Positions 9,054-18,959 of a stretch of DNA of 64,000 bases are shown in pieces (the stretch's first letter is position 1; each line of letters starts with the position of its first letter). Made by a program: the position numbers and the translations under genes. A model generated the notes under the pieces. That model worked only from the letters and a program-made list of their open reading frames with translations. It had not been told where the DNA came from and ran no database searches. Source of the DNA: Anaerohalosphaeraceae bacterium (GTDB lineage: Bacteria > Planctomycetota > Phycisphaerae > Sedimentisphaerales > Anaerohalosphaeraceae); assembly GCA_050309605.1 (NCBI GenBank), contig JBNRMN010000089.1:40417-104416 (forward strand), read 5' to 3'.

Positions 9054-11078
9054 TTACCACTGAGCATACGGATCTTCGCATGTCGGATCAGCCGGATCGT
9101 TGCACCGGAGCCAGTCTTGAGCCAGAATCACCAGATCGAGGATGTCCACGCGGCAGTCCTCGTTCAAGTCGCCGGCCAGAAGCAGTCCGTCGGCTTTAAC
9201 CAGGTCGCAACTGGCCTCGATGACCTCAATGGTCACATCATAATAGATGTCTTCCTCAATGCCGTACATCCCATCGCTAACCAGCAGACGGAACGTATAG
9301 TCACCCGGCTGGGTAAACGTCACTTCCGGTGCGGCCACATCGGTTGCAGAGAATGCCGCCGCCGGCCCCTCTTCGGGATCCGGATACGTCTGCAGCCATT
9401 GATACAGGATTTCGTCATCATGGGCGTCAAACACATCCGCACTGAAAACAACGGTTGTTTCGCCCTTCAAAATGATCGATTCCGGCGCATCGACACCCAC
9501 GACCACCGGCGCCGAATTCAGACCCATCTGCACCAGCGAACGAACGGTTGCTTCATCAATCGCGTAGCTGTACACCCGTAAATCATCCAGCGAACCGAAC
9601 ATATAGTCGCCGGGGTAGCTGTCGGGGTTGACGTTCTTGTTCTTGGCGCCGATATAAAGTGTCTGCCCCTCATAAGGATGCAACGCACGATACGTATCAA
9701 ACTCCTGAACACCGGCCAGAACGCCATCCACATACATCTTAATCGTCTTGCCGTCGTAGGTTGCCACGACGTGATGCCACTGCTCGGCGGGGAACAGCGG
9801 CACATCCAGCATCCGATCCCTGAACGGCGATGCAATAAAGCGAAGCGAACTGTTTTCGCGCAGCAGACGGAAGATATTCACATCATCGTTGCTGTCATTG
9901 CCGAACTGGGCGATACGCCGGTTGCCGTCCCAATCGTACGCATTGACCCATGCGGCCACCGAAATGCCGTAATCGAGATTCTGCAAGTTGGGATCCGACA
10001 CGCTGTTGGCATCGGGAATCACCTGCACATAACCGAAATCCTGGAAATGCAGGGCATAGTTGTTCTGTCCGTCAGCAGGAATCCAGCCCTCAACAAAGTT
10101 CGGATCCAGATCGGGATCGTTGTGATAATTGCCCATAAAGCCGCGATTGACATCATCGGACGAATCATCAATAAACGTCCCCTCGCCCTCATTAAACGTC
10201 CAGTAACCCACCAGCTTGTTATCCAGTTCCGCATCCCACACGCGCACGGTTGTTTCCACCGGATTGGATTCATTGCCTTCGCTGTCGGTTACCAGCGCCC
10301 GCAAGACGTAGGTTCCGCGTACGGCCGGTAATGTCAGCTCAACCGCTGTCTGATCCTGAACGTTATCCAGATCGACCGCCGTCGGCCCGGATACCTGCGT
10401 CCAGAGCACATCCCAGCTTGTCGAATCAAAGTCATCAATCTCAACGCTGATCTCAACCGTTGGATCGGCGGCATCAACGACCACCGCAGCAGGGCTGATC
10501 ATCACGGCCGCGGGCCAGCCGTTTTCCGGCGGCGCCACCAGTTCGATCTCGGCAATCTGAAACATTGAACTGCCGCCTAATGTCGGGAACATCAATCGAT
10601 AATGCAGATACTCGGTCTGATTGTCAAAGATGATCGGCGTCTCAATTTTTGTTAACCGGGGCCAGCCGCCAATAAAGTCCAGAACCGGTCCCTCGGAAAT
10701 CAGTGTCCAGGGACCATTCACACCGGCATTGGAACCATACAACTCGTAACTGTGGGGATCACGGTCCGACGCGTCATTGGCAGAGGTCAGTGTGATGCCC
10801 TGTACCAGCGTCGGCTGCGACTGTCCCGTTCCCAATTGCGGCGAAATGATGATACCTGCCACTTGGCCGTCCCTGAAATGGAGATACTTGGTGCTAACGT
10901 TATCATCAATCGCATGTTGAGGCGCTTCGCCGCTCGGCCAGCGGTTGTTATCCGGCTGCCCGATGACCGGATCGCCGGGCGTGGTCACATCCTGTCCCGG
11001 ACGAGGCCATGGGACGTCCCCAAAACCAGTCGCCACGATGCACAGCATCAGGATTGCTAAAAGCCATAACGTTCTCAT
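9054..11078 (-). CDS. Secreted discoidin-like/PKD/LamG protein with C-terminal dockerin-like motif
   Basis: Start reassigned to ATG 11078 (GGAGG RBS, signal peptide MRTLWLLAILMLCIVATGFG); LamG motifs LVGYWTFNEG, WHHVVATYDG, GSLDDLRVY; C-term GDLNEDCRVDILDLVILAQDWLRC. Confidence 0.85.
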   Translation of the reverse strand: MRTLWLLAILMLCIVATGFGDVPWPRPGQDVTTPGDPVIGQPDNNRWPSGEAPQHAIDDNVSTKYLHFRDGQVAGIIISPQLGTGQSQPTLVQGITLTSANDASDRDPHSYELYGSNAGVNGPWTLISEGPVLDFIGGWPRLTKIETPIIFDNQTEYLHYRLMFPTLGGSSMFQIAEIELVAPPENGWPAAVMISPAAVVVDAADPTVEISVEIDDFDSTSWDVLWTQVSGPTAVDLDNVQDQTAVELTLPAVRGTYVLRALVTDSEGNESNPVETTVRVWDAELDNKLVGYWTFNEGEGTFIDDSSDDVNRGFMGNYHNDPDLDPNFVEGWIPADGQNNYALHFQDFGYVQVIPDANSVSDPNLQNLDYGISVAAWVNAYDWDGNRRIAQFGNDSNDDVNIFRLLRENSSLRFIASPFRDRMLDVPLFPAEQWHHVVATYDGKTIKMYVDGVLAGVQEFDTYRALHPYEGQTLYIGAKNKNVNPDSYPGDYMFGSLDDLRVYSYAIDEATVRSLVQMGLNSAPVVVGVDAPESIILKGETTVVFSADVFDAHDDEILYQWLQTYPDPEEGPAAAFSATDVAAPEVTFTQPGDYTFRLLVSDGMYGIEEDIYYDVTIEVIEASCDLVKADGLLLAGDLNEDCRVDILDLVILAQDWLRCNDPADPTCEDPYAQW

Positions 11079-11169
11079 ACTCAAATCCTCCGAAAAAAAT
11101 AATACTATAATCCCCGGTTCACGACGCTGTAAGCCGGTGGATAACGCTTTCAATTCGTCAAAACCGTCA

Positions 11170-12864
11170 TTAACGTTCATCGAGCACCAAATGCGGATTG
11201 ACCAATACCGCCCAGTCGGAGCTGATACTGCCATCGCTTTCTGTAACCGCCAGGGACAAAAACCGGGCGGACAAATCCAGCGGCACATCCATCTCGAACC
11301 CGCCGTCGCTCATCCGTACCCGCTGATGCGCACGCACTTGCCCGTCCACCAGCACCCAGAATTCTACCACAGGATCGCGGTCGAAATAGTCGGCAACGGT
11401 TTGCGAGATACCGGCGGTGGAACGAAACCGTGTCAGGCCGAGACCGGGCAGCGCCCGCCGAATCTGCTGCAGATCAAACGTAACGCCCATGTTGGAATGG
11501 ATGGTGATCGCCTGAATCGATGAGCAATCCAGCGTCACGTCGTCCAACACCAGCGGATGTCGCGGTGCGTCCGTGCCTTCGTGCCAGGCCCCGTTGAAAA
11601 GATACCCCCAGAAATTCCCGCTGGTAACCTCAAACTGATCGCACACCAGATAGGTTGAGCTGACTTGTGTTGAACGTCCTTGCCCCCCCGGCATAAAAAT
11701 CCCGTCAATAAACGCAAACAGCGGTGTAGCGATAAACCGATGCGGCGCGTTCTGAACATACGCTTCCAGTTCGCGGCGTACTTGCCCGGTCTGCATATCA
11801 ATGCCGGCATCAGGCGTGCCGGAACCAAACCCGTTTCCGCCGCCAACGACATCGGCCAGATCAAACCGCCGTCCGGCCAGAAGGGCTTGATTGACCGAAG
11901 ACAGATCACGTATAAACAGCGATTCTTCCGCCGGTCGCGGGGAGCCATCAAACTGCCCCTGATCCGTAACGGTCCCCGACAGCCCGCTGACAAGCTGCAG
12001 GACTCCGCCATGACGAATCGTATCCGGACCGCTTCGCAACTGAACCTTTCCTTTGAACACATGGGCCTCGGTGCGTCCGGTGCGTTCGACCAGCACGCCG
12101 AATTCCGTACCGTAATCGACAATCGTTGCCGCAGGTGTGCGTACCACAAACCCCAGCGCACTGGGCGGAACCGTCGAGCGGAGCTTTCCAAAATCCAGGT
12201 ATAATTGATTGGTCCCTTCGGCCCGAAACCGGGCGGGCGACTGAATCAACACCTCCGCGCCGTCGTCGAGCCGAATCTTGACTAACCCTTCACGCAGATA
12301 CAACAGCGCGTCGGTATTATAAAGCCGCATACCGACATGCCCGGTAAATCCCCGGTCCTGCCAGCGTGGCGCAACTGTCTCAATAATCGTCGCTGTCGGC
12401 AGTGTGACATGGCGCGGGTTGACAATGACATAACCGATCACCAAAAACAGCGCCGCCCAGCCGACCAGGGTGGTATAGAGCGCTGCCCGCGAAACACGCC
12501 GGGCTGCACGAATCTGACGTTTCTTTTCGCGGACGCCCGTAATCAACTCCGGCCCGGCATCCTCAACCTCAAGGTGAACCGTCTCGGCCTGACGCTCCTG
12601 TTCGGCCAGCACCTGCCAGAACAACGCATCGCAAACCGACAGAGACTCCTCTTCTGCCGTCTCAGGAAGCGACGTAGCCGACACGCCCGAACGGTTTTTG
12701 AGGCTGGCATGGACCAGCATAAAATCGTAGTAATACTGCCGCAGCTTGGGGGCATTCTCCATCGCCGTTTCAAGCCGGGCAAACTCCTCCGATGTGATCG
12801 TCCCATCGAGCAATGCCAACAGGGCCTTGCGAAACTGAAGATGTGAATACGGCTGGTTCATCAA
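11170..12864 (-). CDS. FecR-domain anti-sigma factor with C-terminal NPCBM/NEW2-like domain
   Basis: N-term LLDGTITSEEF anti-sigma helix, one TM helix, FecR motif IVDYGTEFGV...HVFKGKV, DLADVVGGGNG, C-term IHSNMGVTFDL...FWVLVDG...RFLSLAVT; ATGA overlap with the sigma gene. Confidence 0.85.
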   Translation of the reverse strand: MMNQPYSHLQFRKALLALLDGTITSEEFARLETAMENAPKLRQYYYDFMLVHASLKNRSGVSATSLPETAEEESLSVCDALFWQVLAEQERQAETVHLEVEDAGPELITGVREKKRQIRAARRVSRAALYTTLVGWAALFLVIGYVIVNPRHVTLPTATIIETVAPRWQDRGFTGHVGMRLYNTDALLYLREGLVKIRLDDGAEVLIQSPARFRAEGTNQLYLDFGKLRSTVPPSALGFVVRTPAATIVDYGTEFGVLVERTGRTEAHVFKGKVQLRSGPDTIRHGGVLQLVSGLSGTVTDQGQFDGSPRPAEESLFIRDLSSVNQALLAGRRFDLADVVGGGNGFGSGTPDAGIDMQTGQVRRELEAYVQNAPHRFIATPLFAFIDGIFMPGGQGRSTQVSSTYLVCDQFEVTSGNFWGYLFNGAWHEGTDAPRHPLVLDDVTLDCSSIQAITIHSNMGVTFDLQQIRRALPGLGLTRFRSTAGISQTVADYFDRDPVVEFWVLVDGQVRAHQRVRMSDGGFEMDVPLDLSARFLSLAVTESDGSISSDWAVLVNPHLVLDER

Positions 12865-13406
12865 TCCGCCCCTTCCATCGCCAGCGACTGCCGCATACAG
12901 CGGATCAGTACATCATGAACACGTCCCATTGTCCGATAGAGAATATCCACAGACTTGTTGAGCCGCAGAGCCAGCTCTTTGATGGAATTATTCTGCTCAT
13001 AACGTGCCCGAACCAATTTTCGGTCTTCCTGGTTCAACCGCTCAATGCACCGCCCAAGTGTCTCCAGCTTCAGTTGTGTTAAATCGGAATACTTCTGATA
13101 GTCCTCGGCCATCAGCTCGATGAGGCGATCGCTGAACCGGATCGGTTCGCTCGCTTTTTTGCGGCGAAACCCCAGGATAATATGGTGCGCAATACTGATA
13201 CCCCAGGATACAAAATCACTGCCCGGGCGAAACTCGCTGTACTTACGCCACATAACGGTGCTGGTTTCCTGCATCAGGTCGTCAGCATCAAAGGCACGCG
13301 GCACCAGCGTCAGGATAAACGCATAAATACGGGGCTGCCCGGCAATCAACAAGCGGACAAACTCCTCGGTCTTCTCACTTTCCGGAGTAGTATTACCAAA
13401 AGTCAT
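12861..13406 (-). CDS. ECF sigma-70 factor (Rhodopirellula/Verrucomicrobium type)
   Basis: RIYAFILTLVP...DADDLMQET...FRPGSDFVSW region 2 and RYEQNNSIKELA region 4; start placed at ATG 13406 after a GGAG RBS. Confidence 0.92.
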   Translation of the reverse strand: MTFGNTTPESEKTEEFVRLLIAGQPRIYAFILTLVPRAFDADDLMQETSTVMWRKYSEFRPGSDFVSWGISIAHHIILGFRRKKASEPIRFSDRLIELMAEDYQKYSDLTQLKLETLGRCIERLNQEDRKLVRARYEQNNSIKELALRLNKSVDILYRTMGRVHDVLIRCMRQSLAMEGAD

Positions 13407-13569
13407 TCCAACTCCAACAATCAGGTCAATGTTTCGGCACACTCAGATATTGCGCCACACCTGTTATTTTTGTACGCTTTTTTCATTTCGATCAAAAATA
13501 AGATCAAAAGACATATCGACGGCATCTTCCAGGTATCCGTTTTGACCGACTGAGGCCCGCTGATCCCCC

Positions 13570-13599
13570 AAAAAACGCCGGTACATCACCTACCGGCGT
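13570..13599 (-). terminator. Intrinsic terminator after GH76/PTS operon
   Basis: Minus strand ACGCCGGTA-loop-TACCGGCGT followed by TTTTT. Confidence 0.75.
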
Positions 13600-13630
13600 C
13601 TGGTGCTGATACTGCCTGTCGGAGCCGGGG

Positions 13631-14728
13631 CTACTGATTGGCCTGGGCCAAAACCCAATAGGCCCGGGCATTGGAGGCCGGATACAGCAAATTCCATGCG
13701 TTTAATTCACCGCGTGCAGGCCTGTCCCATCGCTTCGGATACCGACCGTTGGAATCTCTGACGTGTTCATACAGATAAGCCGCCGCCCTTTGCGATACAT
13801 CCTTCCAGTGCACCCGGCCCGTCGCCTCGGACAAGGCCACCCAGCCTTCAAGCAGCGTCCAAACGAACATTGCCTCACAGCGAACCGCACCCGTATCCGA
13901 ATCAACCCAGTGCTCTTCTGCGGCGGCGGCAATCGTGTTGGCCTTGTCAAGATAACGATCCACGCCGGTCAACCGATACAGTGTGACATAGGTCTGAAGC
14001 GGCATTCCAGTGTTGTATGTCCACTTTGTCCGGTTAATGCGGCCGCGCGGCGTGACGCTGTCCATATACAGCCCATCCGAATCCTGAAGATGCTCATCCA
14101 GCCACGCCATCAGCGCCTTGGCGGTCTCCAGGTAGGCACGCCGTCCGGTGGTCTCATAAAACCGCAGACACGCAAACGCCGTCGGCGCCACCGAACAGGT
14201 ATTCATCGACTGCTTGGGATCCTCGCGCCACCAAATGCCCCCTTCCTTCTGGTTGATACCGCTGAGCGAAAACTCAAGGGTCTTTTGGGCCCGTTCGAGG
14301 TAGTCCTCTTTGCCAACCGCTTCATAGGCGTCAATCAGCCCCATCGCCACCCAGGCGTTGTCATCGTAATACCGCTCAATATTGCTGCGCGGATGCGGCA
14401 GATGGTCATAGCCGCCGATGCCGCTGTGCTCGACCCAGTAGCGATCCAGATGTTTGATCAAATGATCCAGCGGCTCGGCATAGGTCGCAGCGTCAATCTG
14501 AGCCGCTTTGGCATAGGCCAGCAGCAGCATCGAATTGCCCCACGTAAAGGCAATCGCCCGTTTGTTCTGATCTTCATAATACGCGCCGGGCCGACCGGCA
14601 ATCGCATGATCGCGCCGAACCACCGCGAGGGCTTCACGCCCCATTGTTTCAAAGTTAGCCGCCTGCGAAGCAAGAACCGCCTGCGGCAGACACAACATAC
14701 ACACCGTCATCATGGCCGAAATCGTCAT
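13631..14728 (-). CDS. Secreted glycoside hydrolase family 76 (alpha-1,6-mannanase-like)
   Basis: Signal peptide; catalytic RYYDDNAW; GGIWW, NTCS, KWTYNTG motifs. Confidence 0.85.
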   Translation of the reverse strand: MTISAMMTVCMLCLPQAVLASQAANFETMGREALAVVRRDHAIAGRPGAYYEDQNKRAIAFTWGNSMLLLAYAKAAQIDAATYAEPLDHLIKHLDRYWVEHSGIGGYDHLPHPRSNIERYYDDNAWVAMGLIDAYEAVGKEDYLERAQKTLEFSLSGINQKEGGIWWREDPKQSMNTCSVAPTAFACLRFYETTGRRAYLETAKALMAWLDEHLQDSDGLYMDSVTPRGRINRTKWTYNTGMPLQTYVTLYRLTGVDRYLDKANTIAAAAEEHWVDSDTGAVRCEAMFVWTLLEGWVALSEATGRVHWKDVSQRAAAYLYEHVRDSNGRYPKRWDRPARGELNAWNLLYPASNARAYWVLAQANQ

Positions 14729-14757
14729 CTTAACCTGTCCTTTCCCTAAAACGCCTG

Positions 14758-17304
14758 TTATCCGTTGTTCAAGTCCAGTTTTTCCGAAAGAAACGAAACC
14801 AGCTCCGCCTGCCCGGCGGCGGACTGAATCCGCTTTCGAAAAGACGCGTGCATCATATTTCGCGACAGACAGGAAAAAATCCGCATATGCGCATCGCCGC
14901 CCCGATCCGTATCCCGAATCGCCATCGCAATGACAACCGATACCGGCTTGCCGTCAAGCGCCCCCCATTCAACGGGGCGGCGGAGGCGAAAGACGCAGAT
15001 CGAATTCAATAAAATATGTTTCGTCTTACAATGCGGAACCGCAAAGCCGTGTCCCAGTCCCGTTGAATAAATCGCTTCGCGCTGCCAGAAATCCCGCTCC
15101 AGCGCCACAGGGTCGGCGGTGCGCCGATCAAGAAACAGCGTATCGCAGGTGTATTTAATGGCCTCTTCCTTGCTGATGCAGTCGGCGTCAATATCAATCA
15201 GATTGACATCCACCACGCTGCGACCGGCGGCCTGCGCCACGTGTTCGGCCTGAATCGCATCAACCTGTTCGACCGTACGGCACATCACGGCCTGAGCGAG
15301 CATCTGACGACACGCCTGACTGTCATAGTCTGAACACATCGCCTTAATCTCCGAGACAAAGGGGATTGACACACTCACGCTGTCCAGTCCTGCACCAAGC
15401 AGCAGCGCCAGATTGTCCATCCGACCGGCCATTTCCCCGCAAAGACCGACATGCAGTTTAGACTGGTGGGCCTCATCGACGATCTTGCGAATCAGCGACA
15501 GAAAACCGGGATGGCGACACTGATACAGCGAAGCGACCCGCTCATTGGTCCGATCCACCGCCAGAAAATACTGCGCCAGGTCGTTGGTTCCGATACTGAG
15601 AAAATCCACCGCCTCGGCCAGGTGCGGAATCATGAACGCCGCCAGAGGAACCTCCACCATCATCCCCAACGGAAGGGTCGAGTCAAATGTCTCCGACCGC
15701 AGCGCCAGATCCGCTTTGACCTGCTCCAAAACCCCGCGCACATAAATCATCTGCTCGGCGCAGGAGACCATCGGAATCATCAGTTTCAATCTGCCGAACG
15801 CCGAGGCTCTCAAGATGGCGCGAAGCTGCGCGCGAAACAAGTCCTCAAACTCCCGATACAAACGAACCCCTCGATATCCGAGAAACGGATTGGCTTCCGT
15901 ATTCAGATTCAAATAGCTGACCGTCTTGTCGCCGCCGATGTCAAAGGTGCGGATAATCACCGGCCGCCCATCGGCCAGTTCGGCGGCTCGTTTATAAACG
16001 GCGAACTGTTCATCTTCCGACGGCGGTTTTTTTCGGGACAGATACAGCATTTCCGTGCGGAACAGTCCGATGCCATCGGCGCCGTGTCGGATCGCGGCCT
16101 CCACCTCATCGGCGGTGGCGATATTGGCCATGACACCCAAACGCCGGCCGTCCCGGCTCACCGCCGGCCGATCACAAAAAACGGCCTCCTGCTTTTGTTT
16201 GATCCGATGTTTACGCTGCTCAAAGGCATAAAATCGCTCCACACGCTCATTGATCTCAGGAATCAGAATCCCGTATTCGGCATCCAAAATGGCCTCGGCG
16301 TCGCTGCGGCCCAACCCGTCCGTCTGCGCCAAGTCGGTCAAAACCGGTATCCCGAAAGAGCGGGCCAGAATGACCGTATGTGACGTGGCGCCGGTGCAGC
16401 GCAGGACAAGACCCGACAGCTTATGTCGGTCCAAATTCAGAAACTGCGACGGCGTCAAATCATCAGCAACAACAATTGACGGCTCCGTCAGTTCAACCGA
16501 AACCTGCTCCGTTGCGCCGTACAGCTCCGCAATCAATTGCATGCAAACATCCCTCAAATCCGCGATGCGTTCACGGATCAACTCACTGCGGGCGGCTTTC
16601 AGCAGCGAAGAAAAAAACACAAACGCCTCAACAATCGCACGGCCGGCACAAAGATGCTTTTCGCTGATAGTGTTGCGAATATACGCAACCAGTTCAACAT
16701 CTTGAGCAATGGAAAGATGCGCCTCCAGTACGCCGATTTCGGTCGGCGACAGATTCTTTTTCTCAAGCCGCCGCGAAATCAGCCGACGCAGTTCGGACAC
16801 GGCCTGATCGACCTTTTGCAGCTCTTGTTCAACACAGACCGGCGCCTCTGCGTCCAGACTTTCCGGCAGACGCAGGGCCTGGACAAAGACAATCTTGCCT
16901 CTGCCGAAACCGGACACGACCGGCAGACCGAACAGAACCGCAACACCGGCGTTTCGCAGGACCGGCGGCAGCCAGCTCTTTTTCGAAGCGGACGGCGGCG
17001 CCGGCAGCGCCTCATCGCATGACGCAAACTCGGTCTCAAGAAAATGCACAATCGTGCGGTACGCTTCATTACAGTCCTTGCCGCCGACCTCCAGAACGCA
17101 CGGGTCGCCCGACTTGATATCGGCGCCGACCAGTGAAAGCACGCTCTTGGCGTTGGCCACCCGCTGATTGTTCAGATTGACAATCGAAACCCGGCTGGAG
17201 AACCCCGAGGCCAGCCGTTCGAGCGTATTGGCCGGACGGGCATGCAGCCCGTTAGGCAAAGGACAGGTAAAGGCATATTCACATCGGTCAATCGCTTCGG
17301 GCAT
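14758..17304 (-). CDS. ptsA: Multiphosphoryl transfer protein HPr-EI-EIIA(Fru), PtsA/FryA type
   Basis: HPr GLHARPA/NAKS; EI TSHTVILARS, GIGLFRTE, SIGTNDL, CGEMAG; C-terminal EIIA GFAVPHCK. Confidence 0.9.
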   Translation of the reverse strand: MPEAIDRCEYAFTCPLPNGLHARPANTLERLASGFSSRVSIVNLNNQRVANAKSVLSLVGADIKSGDPCVLEVGGKDCNEAYRTIVHFLETEFASCDEALPAPPSASKKSWLPPVLRNAGVAVLFGLPVVSGFGRGKIVFVQALRLPESLDAEAPVCVEQELQKVDQAVSELRRLISRRLEKKNLSPTEIGVLEAHLSIAQDVELVAYIRNTISEKHLCAGRAIVEAFVFFSSLLKAARSELIRERIADLRDVCMQLIAELYGATEQVSVELTEPSIVVADDLTPSQFLNLDRHKLSGLVLRCTGATSHTVILARSFGIPVLTDLAQTDGLGRSDAEAILDAEYGILIPEINERVERFYAFEQRKHRIKQKQEAVFCDRPAVSRDGRRLGVMANIATADEVEAAIRHGADGIGLFRTEMLYLSRKKPPSEDEQFAVYKRAAELADGRPVIIRTFDIGGDKTVSYLNLNTEANPFLGYRGVRLYREFEDLFRAQLRAILRASAFGRLKLMIPMVSCAEQMIYVRGVLEQVKADLALRSETFDSTLPLGMMVEVPLAAFMIPHLAEAVDFLSIGTNDLAQYFLAVDRTNERVASLYQCRHPGFLSLIRKIVDEAHQSKLHVGLCGEMAGRMDNLALLLGAGLDSVSVSIPFVSEIKAMCSDYDSQACRQMLAQAVMCRTVEQVDAIQAEHVAQAAGRSVVDVNLIDIDADCISKEEAIKYTCDTLFLDRRTADPVALERDFWQREAIYSTGLGHGFAVPHCKTKHILLNSICVFRLRRPVEWGALDGKPVSVVIAMAIRDTDRGGDAHMRIFSCLSRNMMHASFRKRIQSAAGQAELVSFLSEKLDLNNG

Positions 17305-17314
17305 ACATCATTCC

Positions 17315-17626
17315 TTACCGGCTGCGCAACTGAGGCGTCCGGCTGAAAATGCTTTCGGGATCTTTCAGCGCCAACTGCACCGGCGCCTCAATCGTCGGCA
17401 AACCGTCAAAGCGTTCACTTTTTTCGATCATAATGTCCGCCGCAAGAATCAACACATCTGCGGATTTAATATCCTCGGCGCTCAGCTCGTTTTCAATGCC
17501 CATCGCACCCTGGGTCTCGACTTTGATCTCGTGGCCCAGTTCTTTGGCGGTCTTTTCCAGATTTTCCGCCGCCATATACGTATGGGCAATACCGGTCGGA
17601 CAGGCGGTAACGGCAATGTACTTCAT
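17315..17626 (-). CDS. PTS fructose-family IIB component
   Basis: VTACPTGIAHTYMAAE...KVETQG. Confidence 0.93.
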   Translation of the reverse strand: MKYIAVTACPTGIAHTYMAAENLEKTAKELGHEIKVETQGAMGIENELSAEDIKSADVLILAADIMIEKSERFDGLPTIEAPVQLALKDPESIFSRTPQLRSR

Positions 17627-18678
17627 ACATTCGACTCCCTTGCGTTAGCGGTAAACGTTTTCAGCGCATTGATCGCCAGGGCCGTAACCGCCGTCCCGGC
17701 GATAATCGCAACCACATACATGAAACGATGATCGACCACCGGCAGCACAATCGGCCCGCCGTGCGGCGCATGACCGCCGACGCCGCCGAGCATCGCAATA
17801 ACCGAGGCCGTCATCGAACCTGCCATAATACACGGAATAACCTTTATCGGCTCCGCGGCCGCAAACGGAATAGCGCCTTCCGTAATGCCGATCATCCCCA
17901 TTCCAAAGGCCGCGATGCCGCTTTCCCGCTGTTCTTCGGTCCACAGTCGGCGTGAAAGAAACGTCGCCAGCCCCATCCCCAGCGGCGGCGTACAGATCGC
18001 TGCCGCGACCGCGCCCATCACCAGATAATTGCCTTGCTCGATCATCGACGCGCCGAAAAAGAACGCCGTCTTGTTGACCGGCCCGCCCATATCAAAGGCA
18101 ATCATCGCCCCCAGAACCATCGCCAAAGCAACGGAACCGGACGCCTGCATACTCCGCAGCCATGTATCCAGACTGACCATGATATTGGCGATCGGCAGGC
18201 TGACAAAAAACATCAGCGTCCCGATGGCCAGCGCCGATAAAATCGGAATAATCAGAATCGGCATAATCGGACGCAGCAGTTTATGCACCGGCATCCGTTT
18301 AATCCAACGGACGATATAACCGGCCGCCAAACCGGCCAGAAGCGCGCCCAAAAAACCGGCGTTGGCCGAACGGCCTGCAACCTCGTGAGGCAGCGAGGCA
18401 AAATAGCCGCCCACAAAGCCGGCCACCAGACCGGGCTTGCCGGCGATGGCGTAGGAGATATACCCCGCCAGAACCGGCAGCAGCAGCGTAAAAGCCGCCT
18501 CGCCAATCGACAGAATGTGAGCCAGAACGGGGCTGTTGGAAAAATCCGGCCCCGTCTCGCCCATCGGCGCAAAGGCAATCGCCACGGCGATCAGAATCCC
18601 CCCGCTGGCGATAAACGGGATGGCAAATGAGACTCCGCTTAATAAATACTGCTTTAGCTCTTGAATAACTTGTTTCAT
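17623..18678 (-). CDS. PTS fructose-family IIC permease
   Basis: LLSGVSFAIPF, GFLGALLAG, FDMGGPVNK, GITEGAIPFA, APHGG. Confidence 0.93.
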   Translation of the reverse strand: MKQVIQELKQYLLSGVSFAIPFIASGGILIAVAIAFAPMGETGPDFSNSPVLAHILSIGEAAFTLLLPVLAGYISYAIAGKPGLVAGFVGGYFASLPHEVAGRSANAGFLGALLAGLAAGYIVRWIKRMPVHKLLRPIMPILIIPILSALAIGTLMFFVSLPIANIMVSLDTWLRSMQASGSVALAMVLGAMIAFDMGGPVNKTAFFFGASMIEQGNYLVMGAVAAAICTPPLGMGLATFLSRRLWTEEQRESGIAAFGMGMIGITEGAIPFAAAEPIKVIPCIMAGSMTASVIAMLGGVGGHAPHGGPIVLPVVDHRFMYVVAIIAGTAVTALAINALKTFTANARESNV

Positions 18679-18890
18679 ACCGCACCCACAATAGCCGTTT
18701 TATGCCTCTCATCGAGACGACCCAACGCTTGATCAACGCTTGATAGAGGCTTATTATACAAAAAACAAGCCCTCGAAAACCATAGAAAAAATACACCATT
18801 TATAGTCTTATTGTAGCGCAATTACCCTCTGGTTACGCGCAGCAACTCACCTCTTAGATGCCTAATTCCCTGATCTGTAACGTATTAGGA

Positions 18891-18919
18891 TTGACACACA
18901 TCGGTGCACCGAGTACAAT
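18891..18919 (+). promoter_or_regulatory. sigma70 promoter of the AraC regulator, with a 12-bp palindrome in the spacer
   Basis: TTGACA-17 bp-TACAAT; TCGGTGCACCGA at 18901-18912. Confidence 0.65.
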
Positions 18920-18959
18920 CATAATGGCTTATATGACTGTCGTAACAAACGGCCGACAG

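Noticed and set aside
11079..11288. ORF-track N-terminal extensions (also mltA, nrdJ, dnaA, both cassette B targets, metallophosphoesterase, AraC)
   Set aside because: They overlap neighbours or regulatory sites; downstream starts have RBS and/or signal peptides
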